From an uncultured Dehalococcoidaceae bacterium (GTDB lineage Bacteria; Chloroflexota; Dehalococcoidia; Dehalococcoidales; RBG-16-60-22): a DNA stretch of 36,603 nt. Position 1 is the stretch's first letter. Each line of letters starts with the position of its first letter. Position numbers and translations under genes: made by a program. The notes beneath the pieces were generated by a model that was not told the DNA's origin, ran no database searches, and saw nothing but the letters and a program-made list of their open reading frames with translations. Of this stretch, positions 25,626 through 33,346 are shown piece after piece. The stretch spans positions 1 through 36,603 of the forward strand of contig CAYNDI010000001.1 of the NCBI GenBank assembly GCA_964395955.1, given 5' to 3'.

Positions 25626-26671
25626 TTGACTATCCCTCTTTGTTTATTCAGATACCCCGCCCATTCGTTATCGGCGCGGTATATCCTCTGCACCATTTCC
25701 ATGACCTTGTAAGCGTCACGGGAGGAGCCGATGGCTACCGGCGTGTCCTCTATAATGTGCCGGGCGAAATCGTCGATTTCCATCTGCCATGACTTATCGT
25801 CTTCATAGAGGGTCAGTGTTTCGTGGGGATTAGGCAGCGGGTAGCCGTCGCGGTCATAAAGGCACCGGGCGGTCTTCAGCGTTTCCGGTGCATATGTGCC
25901 CGTGGCGGAGAGAATCCCGTCGACGGTCAGGTAGCCCTTTTCCAGGTAGATTTCCATGAGGAAACGGTGTTGCCACTGGGTTGCCGATGAATGCACCATC
26001 GCCACCTGGTTGGCCGTGTTTTTCATGATGACGAAGGCATTGTCCTCGACGGCGGTATTCCAGTAGGAACGGTTGATGAAGCTGTGGATATCGGTAAAAT
26101 CGGCGCAGAACATCAGCAGCAGGTCGACGAGGTGAATACCCTGGTCGAGTAATATGCCTCCCCCCGATATCCCGGGCTGAGTGCGCCAGTTTCGGTCGTA
26201 GCCGGGTCCGCCGGCTTTCCCGTAAATCCCCCGTATCCACATTATCTTCCCCAGCCGCCCCCTGTCGACGATTGATTTGGCGTCCTGCATGGCCTGGTGG
26301 TAGCGGTGGTTGAAGCCGAATTTTAATTTTACAGGCGGATTGGCAGTTTCTGCTTCCCGCATCAGGATAACGTCGTCCAGGTTTTTACCCGGCGGCTTTT
26401 CGCAGAATACATGAATACCCCGGTTCAGGGCATTGACCACTATCTCCGGGATATAGAGGTTGGGTGTGCATACAAATACGGCGTCAAGGTCCTGTTCCAG
26501 GAGGTCGCGATAGTCGCCGTAGAAGACGCTTTTCGGGTAGTCGGGCCGGTCTCCCGTGGTGACATCGCACACGGCGCGCAGGTCGAAAGCCGGATGGTTT
26601 TGGATTACCTCCGCCCGGATATTCCCCATCTTCCCCAGGCCGATGATGCCGACTTTGAGTCTATTTTTCAT
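25622..26671 (-). CDS. Gfo/Idh/MocA-family oxidoreductase
   Basis: The Rossmann motif is KVGIIGLGKMG and the EKP motif is VFCEKPPG. Length is 349 aa. Its stop and start codons overlap both neighbours. Confidence 0.8.
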   Translation of the reverse strand: MKNRLKVGIIGLGKMGNIRAEVIQNHPAFDLRAVCDVTTGDRPDYPKSVFYGDYRDLLEQDLDAVFVCTPNLYIPEIVVNALNRGIHVFCEKPPGKNLDDVILMREAETANPPVKLKFGFNHRYHQAMQDAKSIVDRGRLGKIMWIRGIYGKAGGPGYDRNWRTQPGISGGGILLDQGIHLVDLLLMFCADFTDIHSFINRSYWNTAVEDNAFVIMKNTANQVAMVHSSATQWQHRFLMEIYLEKGYLTVDGILSATGTYAPETLKTARCLYDRDGYPLPNPHETLTLYEDDKSWQMEIDDFARHIIEDTPVAIGSSRDAYKVMEMVQRIYRADNEWAGYLNKQRGIVK

Positions 26672-27761
26672 GCCCGCCTTTTATAATTTGTTCCATGCGC
26701 AGGTATACGTCGTCAAGCTGGACAAGTCGCAATAGTTTGCATATTTCGTAAACGACTATCTTATTATTCGAGTTCCAGGGATATTCCGCAAATCGGTTGA
26801 CGGGGATATCCCTGCCTTTCTTTTCTGGAAAAGCCGATGGTATCTTTTCCACGCGGCTGTCGCAGAGGAAAAGCGAGTCCTGACGGCCGACCCTCTGGAT
26901 GAGTTCCAGGTACTCCTTGATCTGCCGGTGCGTCATCTCCTGGAAAGCCCCGGTGCATACGGACAGGTCAATGGAGTCGTCGGCAATGGCCGGTGTCTGT
27001 CCGGGCGTCAGGAAGACGAAGTCGGCGGTATCGAAGCCGCGCGGACCTAGCTCGTGTGGCATGAGTATTTTCGCGTGTGGGAAGAGGCTGGCGAGGTGGG
27101 GGATAGATAAGCAGAGCGTTTCGGGCAGGTCTACAATGATGATATTGGAGCCGAATGTGTGGTGCAGTAAAGAGGCCAGGTTGCCGTTGCCGGCTCCGAT
27201 TTCCATGATTGTTTTCGGTTTCTCCCTAACGTATCCGTTGATGATATTGGTAAGGTAATAAGTGTAAACCATGTTGGAGTTGAGCTGATATTTATCTCCG
27301 GCGAAGAATACCCGCTTCATTTCTTCGGTAGACCTCACCGCGCCATCCTTCCTGCTTACGGCCGGAAAATCGATGCGTCCTGGGGCTGGTTCGATATCGG
27401 CTATCGGGTCCTGTGCCATCACCGCATCGAAAGCATGGAAATAGTCGAATAATCGTATCTGGCTTACCGCCTTTGCTCTGAAGTATTTATTCGCGATAAA
27501 TTCAATAATCGCGCCGGGATTACGCATGGCGGTGGCAGCCCTGTTTTTAATTACAGTGGTCGCGTTTTTCGCGGGTGGTACATAGTAGCCGGACATTCCC
27601 GTAACAGTGACGGTGCTATCGGATATTTGTACATGTATTTTGCCGGCATGGTATTCCCAGTAATCGGACTTGGCATAGCGGGACGTTTTCCGGTATTGAG
27701 GAGAGTCCATGAATTCGATAAATCTGGCGACGATATTTTTTGCCAGATTATAGGTGGCCAT
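26661..27761 (-). CDS. Putative sugar O-methyltransferase (large class I methyltransferase, 366 aa)
   Basis: Motif I, IMEIGAGNGNLASLL, sits late in the protein after a ~180-aa N-terminal domain (SDYWEYH...). This layout recalls the putative sugar O-methyltransferase family found in O-antigen and glycan loci. A strong AGGAG RBS lies upstream. Confidence 0.5.
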   Translation of the reverse strand: MATYNLAKNIVARFIEFMDSPQYRKTSRYAKSDYWEYHAGKIHVQISDSTVTVTGMSGYYVPPAKNATTVIKNRAATAMRNPGAIIEFIANKYFRAKAVSQIRLFDYFHAFDAVMAQDPIADIEPAPGRIDFPAVSRKDGAVRSTEEMKRVFFAGDKYQLNSNMVYTYYLTNIINGYVREKPKTIMEIGAGNGNLASLLHHTFGSNIIIVDLPETLCLSIPHLASLFPHAKILMPHELGPRGFDTADFVFLTPGQTPAIADDSIDLSVCTGAFQEMTHRQIKEYLELIQRVGRQDSLFLCDSRVEKIPSAFPEKKGRDIPVNRFAEYPWNSNNKIVVYEICKLLRLVQLDDVYLRMEQIIKGGHEK

Positions 27762-27868
27762 GATAACCTTCTCCTGCCTGATGCCCGTCGTTCAATTGAA
27801 CCGCAACCCTGCCGTAATCGTTACCTAAGTATAACACACCCGTGAGAGCCTTGATAACTCCCCGGTGA

Positions 27869-28861
27869 TTAACGCCCGGCCGGTTTTCTGGCTACGGCTC
27901 TCATGTGTGAACTGAATCCGCTTGCGGTAATCCAGGCCTGCAGGCTCTCTTTCGCCGCGGGTGTGGCGCGTTCGGCAAATGTCCTCCAGAGTCGTCCCGG
28001 GTCGATATTTTCGTTTCTATACATGCCTTCGACGATGTCCCAGTCGAGTTGCCCCGGGGTATCGACTTTCTCCACGATAAAGCCGCATTTTTCGAGTAAC
28101 AGGGCCAGCGAGCCGGGATTGAAGAAGTTGAGGTGGTGTGGCGGCGTCACGTTCTTGGACTTCTCCCAGAGTATCTGGATATCGAATCCCTCGCCGTTGA
28201 GGGTAGTCAGCAGCAGGCAGCCCCCGGGTTTCAGCAGCTCATGCGCTTTCTTGAGTCCGTCGGCAGGGGTGTGCAGGTGCTCCAGAAGCTCGAAAGATGT
28301 CAGCAGGTCAAAGCTCCTGTCCCGTCCCGTTACTTCCTCTATCCCGCAGGGGATAACCTCCAGGCTTTTCTCACGGCAGATATCGGCCATCTCGCCGGAC
28401 GGCTCGATAGCTGCCAGTTTAACGGCCGGCCAGAATTTACCGAGCTCTTCCAGGAAAATGCCGAATCCAGCGCCGATATCCCCGATAACCCCCTCTGATA
28501 TCTGCGTGAACTCGTCCCGGACGAACTCCGCCCTCGGTCGGAAAATCTTCTCGCGCCGGGCTTCGGCCACCGGTTTGAAGAAGTCGTTGACCCAGAAGCT
28601 GGCCGATTTTGACTTTGTATAGTAGTCCATCAGCAGGTCCGCCGGCGGACGGGGATTAACGAACAGTGTCCCGCAGTCCCGGCACAATACGTAACTGAAT
28701 CCCAGTTTCTCGAACTGGGCCCGGTGGCCCCGCCCGCCGCAGGCCGGGCAGCCAACCGGCCTGAAGAGGCTGCGGTCTTTAAAAATAGTGCGCACGTCTT
28801 CCGCTACCAGTTCCAGGTAGCGGTTCAACACCGAACGCTGGCGTATTTCCTCTTCTTTCAC
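27869..28861 (-). CDS. Class I SAM methyltransferase with an N-terminal Cys4 zinc-ribbon (MT-C)
   Basis: The zinc ribbon is CPACGG...x17...CRDCGTLFVNPRP. Motif I is IGDIGAGFGIF, the acidic residue is in AAIEPS and motif II is FDLLTSFELLEHL. Confidence 0.75.
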   Translation of the reverse strand: MKEEEIRQRSVLNRYLELVAEDVRTIFKDRSLFRPVGCPACGGRGHRAQFEKLGFSYVLCRDCGTLFVNPRPPADLLMDYYTKSKSASFWVNDFFKPVAEARREKIFRPRAEFVRDEFTQISEGVIGDIGAGFGIFLEELGKFWPAVKLAAIEPSGEMADICREKSLEVIPCGIEEVTGRDRSFDLLTSFELLEHLHTPADGLKKAHELLKPGGCLLLTTLNGEGFDIQILWEKSKNVTPPHHLNFFNPGSLALLLEKCGFIVEKVDTPGQLDWDIVEGMYRNENIDPGRLWRTFAERATPAAKESLQAWITASGFSSHMRAVARKPAGR

Positions 28862-28865
28862 CGGT

Positions 28866-29651
28866 TCAATCGCTCCTTTCCGACAGGTATCGGCCGACCA
28901 GCGGGTCTTTTTTCATATATTCTTCCACGGCGTTCAGTTGTTGCGGCGTATCCACCCCTAAGGTCTCGTAGTCAGTCGTTACCATCCTTATCTTGTAGCC
29001 GTGCTCGACGGCACGCAGCATGTCCACGGACTCTATAATTTCCAGGGGCGTCGGCTCGAGTTTATTAAATTTAAAGAGGAAGTCCCGCCGGAAAGCAATT
29101 ATACCCAGCTGCTTGAAGGCGGGTACCTGACCGGACGCCTTTTTTTGCGAAGGTATGGGCTCCCGGGAGAAATACAGGGCGTCGCTGTTATTGTCCACCA
29201 CCGTCTTGACCACGTTCGGGTCTTCGTACTCCTCGCGGTTCTTTATCCTTGCCATGAGGTTGGCGGCTGCCAGCGAAACATCCTCCAGCAGGGGGCGGAC
29301 CACCTCGTCCAGCATCTCCGGGAAAATCAGGGGTTCGTCTCCCTGGATATTGACCACGATGTCAACTTTCTGGCCGGTAGCGGCGATTATCTTTTCCGTA
29401 GCCTCGGCAATCCTGTCGGTACAGCGCTCGTGGGACGCCGAAGTCATGATGGCCTTGCCGCCGATTGATTTTACATAATCGGCAATCTCTTCATCGCACG
29501 TGGCTGCGTAGGCCTCACCGAGGGTTCGACTCATCTTGCTTCTGAAATAGACGTGTCCCACCATGGGTACGCCCAGGATTTTAGCCAGCGGTTTTCCGGG
29601 AAAGCGGGTTGATGCCATCCGGGCCGGGATTATTCCAATTACCTTCATCAT
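28866..29651 (-). CDS. KdsB-like CMP-ulosonic-acid synthetase (3-deoxy-manno-octulosonate cytidylyltransferase family)
   Basis: VIGIIPARMASTRFPGKPLAKILGVPMVGHVY and VVNIQGDEPLI follow the KdsB pattern (IIPARYASTRLPGKPL ... VNVQGDEPL). Length is 261 aa. Confidence 0.8.
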   Translation of the reverse strand: MMKVIGIIPARMASTRFPGKPLAKILGVPMVGHVYFRSKMSRTLGEAYAATCDEEIADYVKSIGGKAIMTSASHERCTDRIAEATEKIIAATGQKVDIVVNIQGDEPLIFPEMLDEVVRPLLEDVSLAAANLMARIKNREEYEDPNVVKTVVDNNSDALYFSREPIPSQKKASGQVPAFKQLGIIAFRRDFLFKFNKLEPTPLEIIESVDMLRAVEHGYKIRMVTTDYETLGVDTPQQLNAVEEYMKKDPLVGRYLSERSD

Positions 29652-29658
29652 CGATGGT

Positions 29659-31176
29659 TCACTCCGTTATATTACTATCCTCAGGCCGGTTTCTCGATAC
29701 GGTGGTGCGTATCTCCCGTATTATTACCCGTAGCTCGGTAATCGAAACGTAGTGGTGATAGAATATTGCGATTATAAAAGCCCAGATTAATAACTGACAT
29801 GCCAGCGTGATACCGGTGAAAGCCCACATGCTGTCTACTGCCGAATATAGATAGTTGTGCAGGAAATAGAAAGGAAGGCAACATGCAAAAGGTACCAGTA
29901 AAACCGCCGCAAACCTGACGAATTCACCCGGCGTTTTATAGATGTAATTTTTTATCAGGTAGTACAGAATCAATGTCACCAGGCCCTGGGTGCAGATGGT
30001 TACCCAGGCGACTCCGACTACTCCGTAACCGAGTTTGATAACCAGAATATCGAAACCGATGTTTAAAGCCAGGCCGATGGAGTAAAAGATCAGCGTGAGT
30101 TTCTGTTTGTTTACCAGGCTGGATCTCAGGATTAGCGAAGGTATAATCGCTATCGCCACCAGATAGAGATTGTAGGATAGTACGTTGAATATCGGTATGC
30201 TGTCGACATACTTCTTCGTCAGCAGGGTGGCTATCAGGGTAAAGATTAATTGAGCCAGGGGGATAACGATAGCCGTGCCCAGCGCCATATACACGGCGAT
30301 ACGCCGGGTATCCCTGAAGCCCTTATAAACCGACTCGGCGATACCGGCTTCCTGCCACAGGATGGGCTGTAACACCCTGCCGAAATCGTTGAAAAAAGTC
30401 AGCGCATAAGTTAGAAAACCCATGGCAAACGTATAGAATCCCAACTGTGCCAGGGGTAATGCCACGGCGATAATCGTCCTGTCGGCCATGCGGAAAGCCC
30501 ATAACATTATCCCCAGCCCCTGGAGAACGATACCTATTTTCACCAGCCGGATAATTTCCCGTCTGTCCAGTGAAAAGCGGAAACCGATGGCCCCCCTGGT
30601 GAAGTAGTAGACCAGCGCCACGGCATGGGCGACCAGCGGCCCCACAATCAGGGCGTAGACTTTCAGCCAGTGCAGGCTGGCCAGTATGATAACCGGGGAA
30701 ATAATCGTGATTACCAGGTTCCCCAGCGCCACTGTGTTGAATTTCTGCCTTATAAAGTTTATGTGGGACCAGAGGCCGGTCAGGCGGTTGACGACATAGC
30801 TCATAGCGATGATGAGTAGGCCGGTTTTAAGAATGGTGTCCGCATAAAAAAAGGAAGCCCCTATGATTACAGCGGTGGGGGCTATAGTATAAAGCAGTTC
30901 GGCGGAAACGGAGATATTCTGGACTCTCAACGCATCTTTCTCCCGGCCTTTTCCCAGGAGCACGGGTATTTCCCGGGAAGCGGCGCCGTATATTCCCGGT
31001 GTCACGAGGCCGACATACATCAGCCATAATGTGAGTAAACCGTAAGTCCCGTATTCCGTCGGGGTGAGTATCGTAGCGGCGTACAGGGTTACGGCCAAAC
31101 CGGCCACGGCCGATATGCCCTGCACGAAAGTGAACTTCATCGAGTTCCTGGCTATGTTGATGATGCTTATCGGCAT
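29659..31176 (-). CDS. Wzx-like oligosaccharide/polysaccharide flippase (MOP superfamily)
   Basis: The protein is 505 aa and very hydrophobic, with roughly 12-14 predicted TM helices throughout. Its position, between glycosyltransferase genes and sugar-activation genes, fits a flippase. Confidence 0.6.
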   Translation of the reverse strand: MPISIINIARNSMKFTFVQGISAVAGLAVTLYAATILTPTEYGTYGLLTLWLMYVGLVTPGIYGAASREIPVLLGKGREKDALRVQNISVSAELLYTIAPTAVIIGASFFYADTILKTGLLIIAMSYVVNRLTGLWSHINFIRQKFNTVALGNLVITIISPVIILASLHWLKVYALIVGPLVAHAVALVYYFTRGAIGFRFSLDRREIIRLVKIGIVLQGLGIMLWAFRMADRTIIAVALPLAQLGFYTFAMGFLTYALTFFNDFGRVLQPILWQEAGIAESVYKGFRDTRRIAVYMALGTAIVIPLAQLIFTLIATLLTKKYVDSIPIFNVLSYNLYLVAIAIIPSLILRSSLVNKQKLTLIFYSIGLALNIGFDILVIKLGYGVVGVAWVTICTQGLVTLILYYLIKNYIYKTPGEFVRFAAVLLVPFACCLPFYFLHNYLYSAVDSMWAFTGITLACQLLIWAFIIAIFYHHYVSITELRVIIREIRTTVSRNRPEDSNITE

Positions 31177-31177
31177 A

Positions 31178-32407
31178 TCATACCCCGGATTTCACTTTCT
31201 TCGCTTCTATCGCTTCTTTTATCCGGGTTTCCAGCTGCTCCGCGATGCTTTCGCAGCTGTGGACTTTCTTCACGTATTCCAGGCCGTTGCGTTCCAGGCG
31301 CTGCCGGTATTCTTTATCTTTCAGGAGGTTGACCAGCTTCTCCGCCATGTCTTCGGCGGTACCGGCAAAAGCTATGCCCTGTTCCTCCCCGGGAGTTACT
31401 GCTACCAGGCCGGGCAGCGGTGTGGCCACAATGGCTTTGGCGCAGGCCAGGTACTGGACTATTTTTCCCGGAAAGATTTCCCGGGTGGCGCCGGTTATCC
31501 GGAAGGGGTTCAGGCACACGGTAGCTATATTGATATATTGCGGCATTGTCTCGTACGGCTGAAAGCCCGTGATAATTACTTTGTCTCCCACCCCCGTCTC
31601 AGTGATGATGCTTTCGAGTTTCCGACGCTGCGGTCCGTCCCCGACGATGAGCAGTTTTACATCGGGTACCCGGCTGGCGATTTCCGGCAGCCGGGGGATT
31701 ATCAGGTCGAGTCCGCTGAAATCGAAGAGCGTGCCCATATAGAGGATGACGTTGTCCTTTTCCTGGATATCCCACTGCATTCGCAGTTCGGCGGGGGCCG
31801 GGAAAGGGTAAAAGATAGCCGTGTCCACCGGCATGGGCAGCAGCTTTATCCTGTCCTCTTTAGCCCCGAAATTAGCCGTATATCTGGAAAGGCTGGGTGT
31901 CAGTGTCAGAATCATGTCCGAACGGGCGTAGACCAGCTTTTCCAGCATCTTAGTAAACGGCCTCAAAACAGGATAGACAACGAGTTGGTTGAGGATGTCA
32001 ATCGACCTGAATACGACGGGGATTTGGTATCGACGGGCAGCGTAGATAGCCTGCAGGCCATTGGTGGCGGCGCTGTAGAGGACGACGGCGTCTATCTTTT
32101 TCTCCCGGATAGTCTTGCTGATGGCTGTGCAATGTGTATAAGCGGCGGATATTCGACTCAGCCCGCCTATTTTTATTAAGCCCGGTCTGATAAGCGTTAC
32201 CGAAGAGCCGCTGAAAGCGCGTGACACGCCTTCTATCTCCTGTGTCTTGAAAGAACCCATATCGGTCAGGCCTTGACGTTTCCAGGTGTTTTCGTAGTCG
32301 ATGGCGTAGATTTTGTGCCCCCGCAGCGATAACGATTCCGCCAGGGTATGGATGTCGAAGACTACCTTGTTCAGCCAGTCGACTTCATGGATGAAGAGGA
32401 CATTCAC
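31178..32407 (-). CDS. GT-B glycosyltransferase, family GT4-like (WbuB-like)
   Basis: The N-terminus is MNVLFIHEVDW... The C-terminal domain reads ILYMGTLFDFSGLD...VKLLIVGDGPQ...ITGFQPYETMPQYINIATVCLNPF...GKIVQYLACAKAIVA. Confidence 0.75.
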   Translation of the reverse strand: MNVLFIHEVDWLNKVVFDIHTLAESLSLRGHKIYAIDYENTWKRQGLTDMGSFKTQEIEGVSRAFSGSSVTLIRPGLIKIGGLSRISAAYTHCTAISKTIREKKIDAVVLYSAATNGLQAIYAARRYQIPVVFRSIDILNQLVVYPVLRPFTKMLEKLVYARSDMILTLTPSLSRYTANFGAKEDRIKLLPMPVDTAIFYPFPAPAELRMQWDIQEKDNVILYMGTLFDFSGLDLIIPRLPEIASRVPDVKLLIVGDGPQRRKLESIITETGVGDKVIITGFQPYETMPQYINIATVCLNPFRITGATREIFPGKIVQYLACAKAIVATPLPGLVAVTPGEEQGIAFAGTAEDMAEKLVNLLKDKEYRQRLERNGLEYVKKVHSCESIAEQLETRIKEAIEAKKVKSGV

Positions 32408-32419
32408 GCTGTAACTCCG

Positions 32420-33346
32420 CTACTTAATGCCATATACGGATTTCATCCATTCTATTGTCCGGGGTATGCCTTCCTCGGGGGGTACCTTCGGGTCGTGTTT
32501 CAGGTCACGCCGGGACTTGCTGTAATCGATATGCTTGACCTGGGTGGTGAAGGGCTCGCCTTTCTTGTAAGTAACCTTGGAGTCGTCCTTGCCCAGGTAT
32601 TCGAGTATCAGGTCGGAGACGTGTTTGATGTCGCATTCCCAGTCTTCCTTGCCGCCGACGTTATAGACCTCGCCGGCGATGAAGTTGTCGGCGATATTCG
32701 CAAAGGTTCGGCAGGTATCCTCCACGTAGTCGAAGATGCGCTTGTGCCCCGTGTAAACGGTATATGGTTCATCGTGGAGGGCTTTATGGATGAACGCGGG
32801 GATAACGCCCCGGTAGGGGTGATAGTGCTCATAGGGACCGTAGGCGTTGACCGGCCGCACCCTGACGGTCTCCGTGCCGAACATCTCCGCCGAGTTCAGC
32901 ACCATGAGCTCTCCCGCCCACTTGGTGACGGCGTAATCGTTCATCTGCTTGATAGCCAGTTTGTCCATCACGTCTTCGCTCATCTTTCCCGTGTAATCGC
33001 CGTAGACCTCGGCGCTGGAAAAGAATATCATCTTAAACTTCTTCCGCTCCTGGAGGCGGAGCATGTGCTTGGTGCCGATGACGTTGGTCTGCCAGAGGTT
33101 TTCGTAGTAGTCCTCGCCGTTCCACCGCCCGTATTCCGCCGCCAGGTGATAAACGAAATCGAAATCGTGAGTATTAAAAATCCGCTCTATCTGCCGGTAC
33201 TCCCGGGTATCGCAGCGTATGTAGTTGGCCGTGGCTGCAGAGTTCATTAAATCGCAGACCCACACCTCATGGCCGCGCTGTCTCAGTTCCGGCACGAGGT
33301 TCGAGCCGATGAACCCGGTGCCTCCGGTAACCAGTATCTTAGCCAT
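32420..33346 (-). CDS. NAD-dependent sugar-nucleotide epimerase/dehydratase (extended SDR)
   Basis: The sequence contains MAKILVTGGTGFIGSNL, FSSAEVYG and YAVTK (YxxxK). I place the start at ATG 33346, which has a GGAGG RBS (33353-33357) 6 nt upstream and overlaps the wecB stop by 8 nt. The 35-codon N-terminal extension in the ORF track (to 33451) lies inside wecB and is rejected. Confidence 0.8.
   Translation of the reverse strand: MAKILVTGGTGFIGSNLVPELRQRGHEVWVCDLMNSAATANYIRCDTREYRQIERIFNTHDFDFVYHLAAEYGRWNGEDYYENLWQTNVIGTKHMLRLQERKKFKMIFFSSAEVYGDYTGKMSEDVMDKLAIKQMNDYAVTKWAGELMVLNSAEMFGTETVRVRPVNAYGPYEHYHPYRGVIPAFIHKALHDEPYTVYTGHKRIFDYVEDTCRTFANIADNFIAGEVYNVGGKEDWECDIKHVSDLILEYLGKDDSKVTYKKGEPFTTQVKHIDYSKSRRDLKHDPKVPPEEGIPRTIEWMKSVYGIK

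Noticed and set aside
27762-27868. The only sizeable gap (107 bp) inside the 20-gene minus operon. It contains the 12-bp perfect palindrome GTTCAATTGAAC (27790-27801) and, on the minus strand, an extended -10-like TGTTATACT (27828-27836).
   Set aside because: Roughly nine perfect 12-bp palindromes are expected by chance in a window this size, and the -10 has no convincing -35. An internal promoter or operator is possible, but the sequence alone does not support it.
31064-33250. Long + strand ORFs 31064-32179 (371 aa) and 32348-33250 (300 aa). Similar antisense ORFs occur elsewhere, e.g. 6861-7556 (-), 12120-12713 (-), 9320-9823 (-), 17984-18613 (+), 27903-28622 (+) and 34008-34448 (+).
   Set aside because: Each lies fully antisense to a gene with clear family motifs (GT4, SDR, RfbF, methyltransferase, WecB and others). 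Their translations are low-complexity and rich in Arg, Gly, Pro and Val, with no recognisable domains. These are typical shadow ORFs of moderately GC-rich coding DNA.
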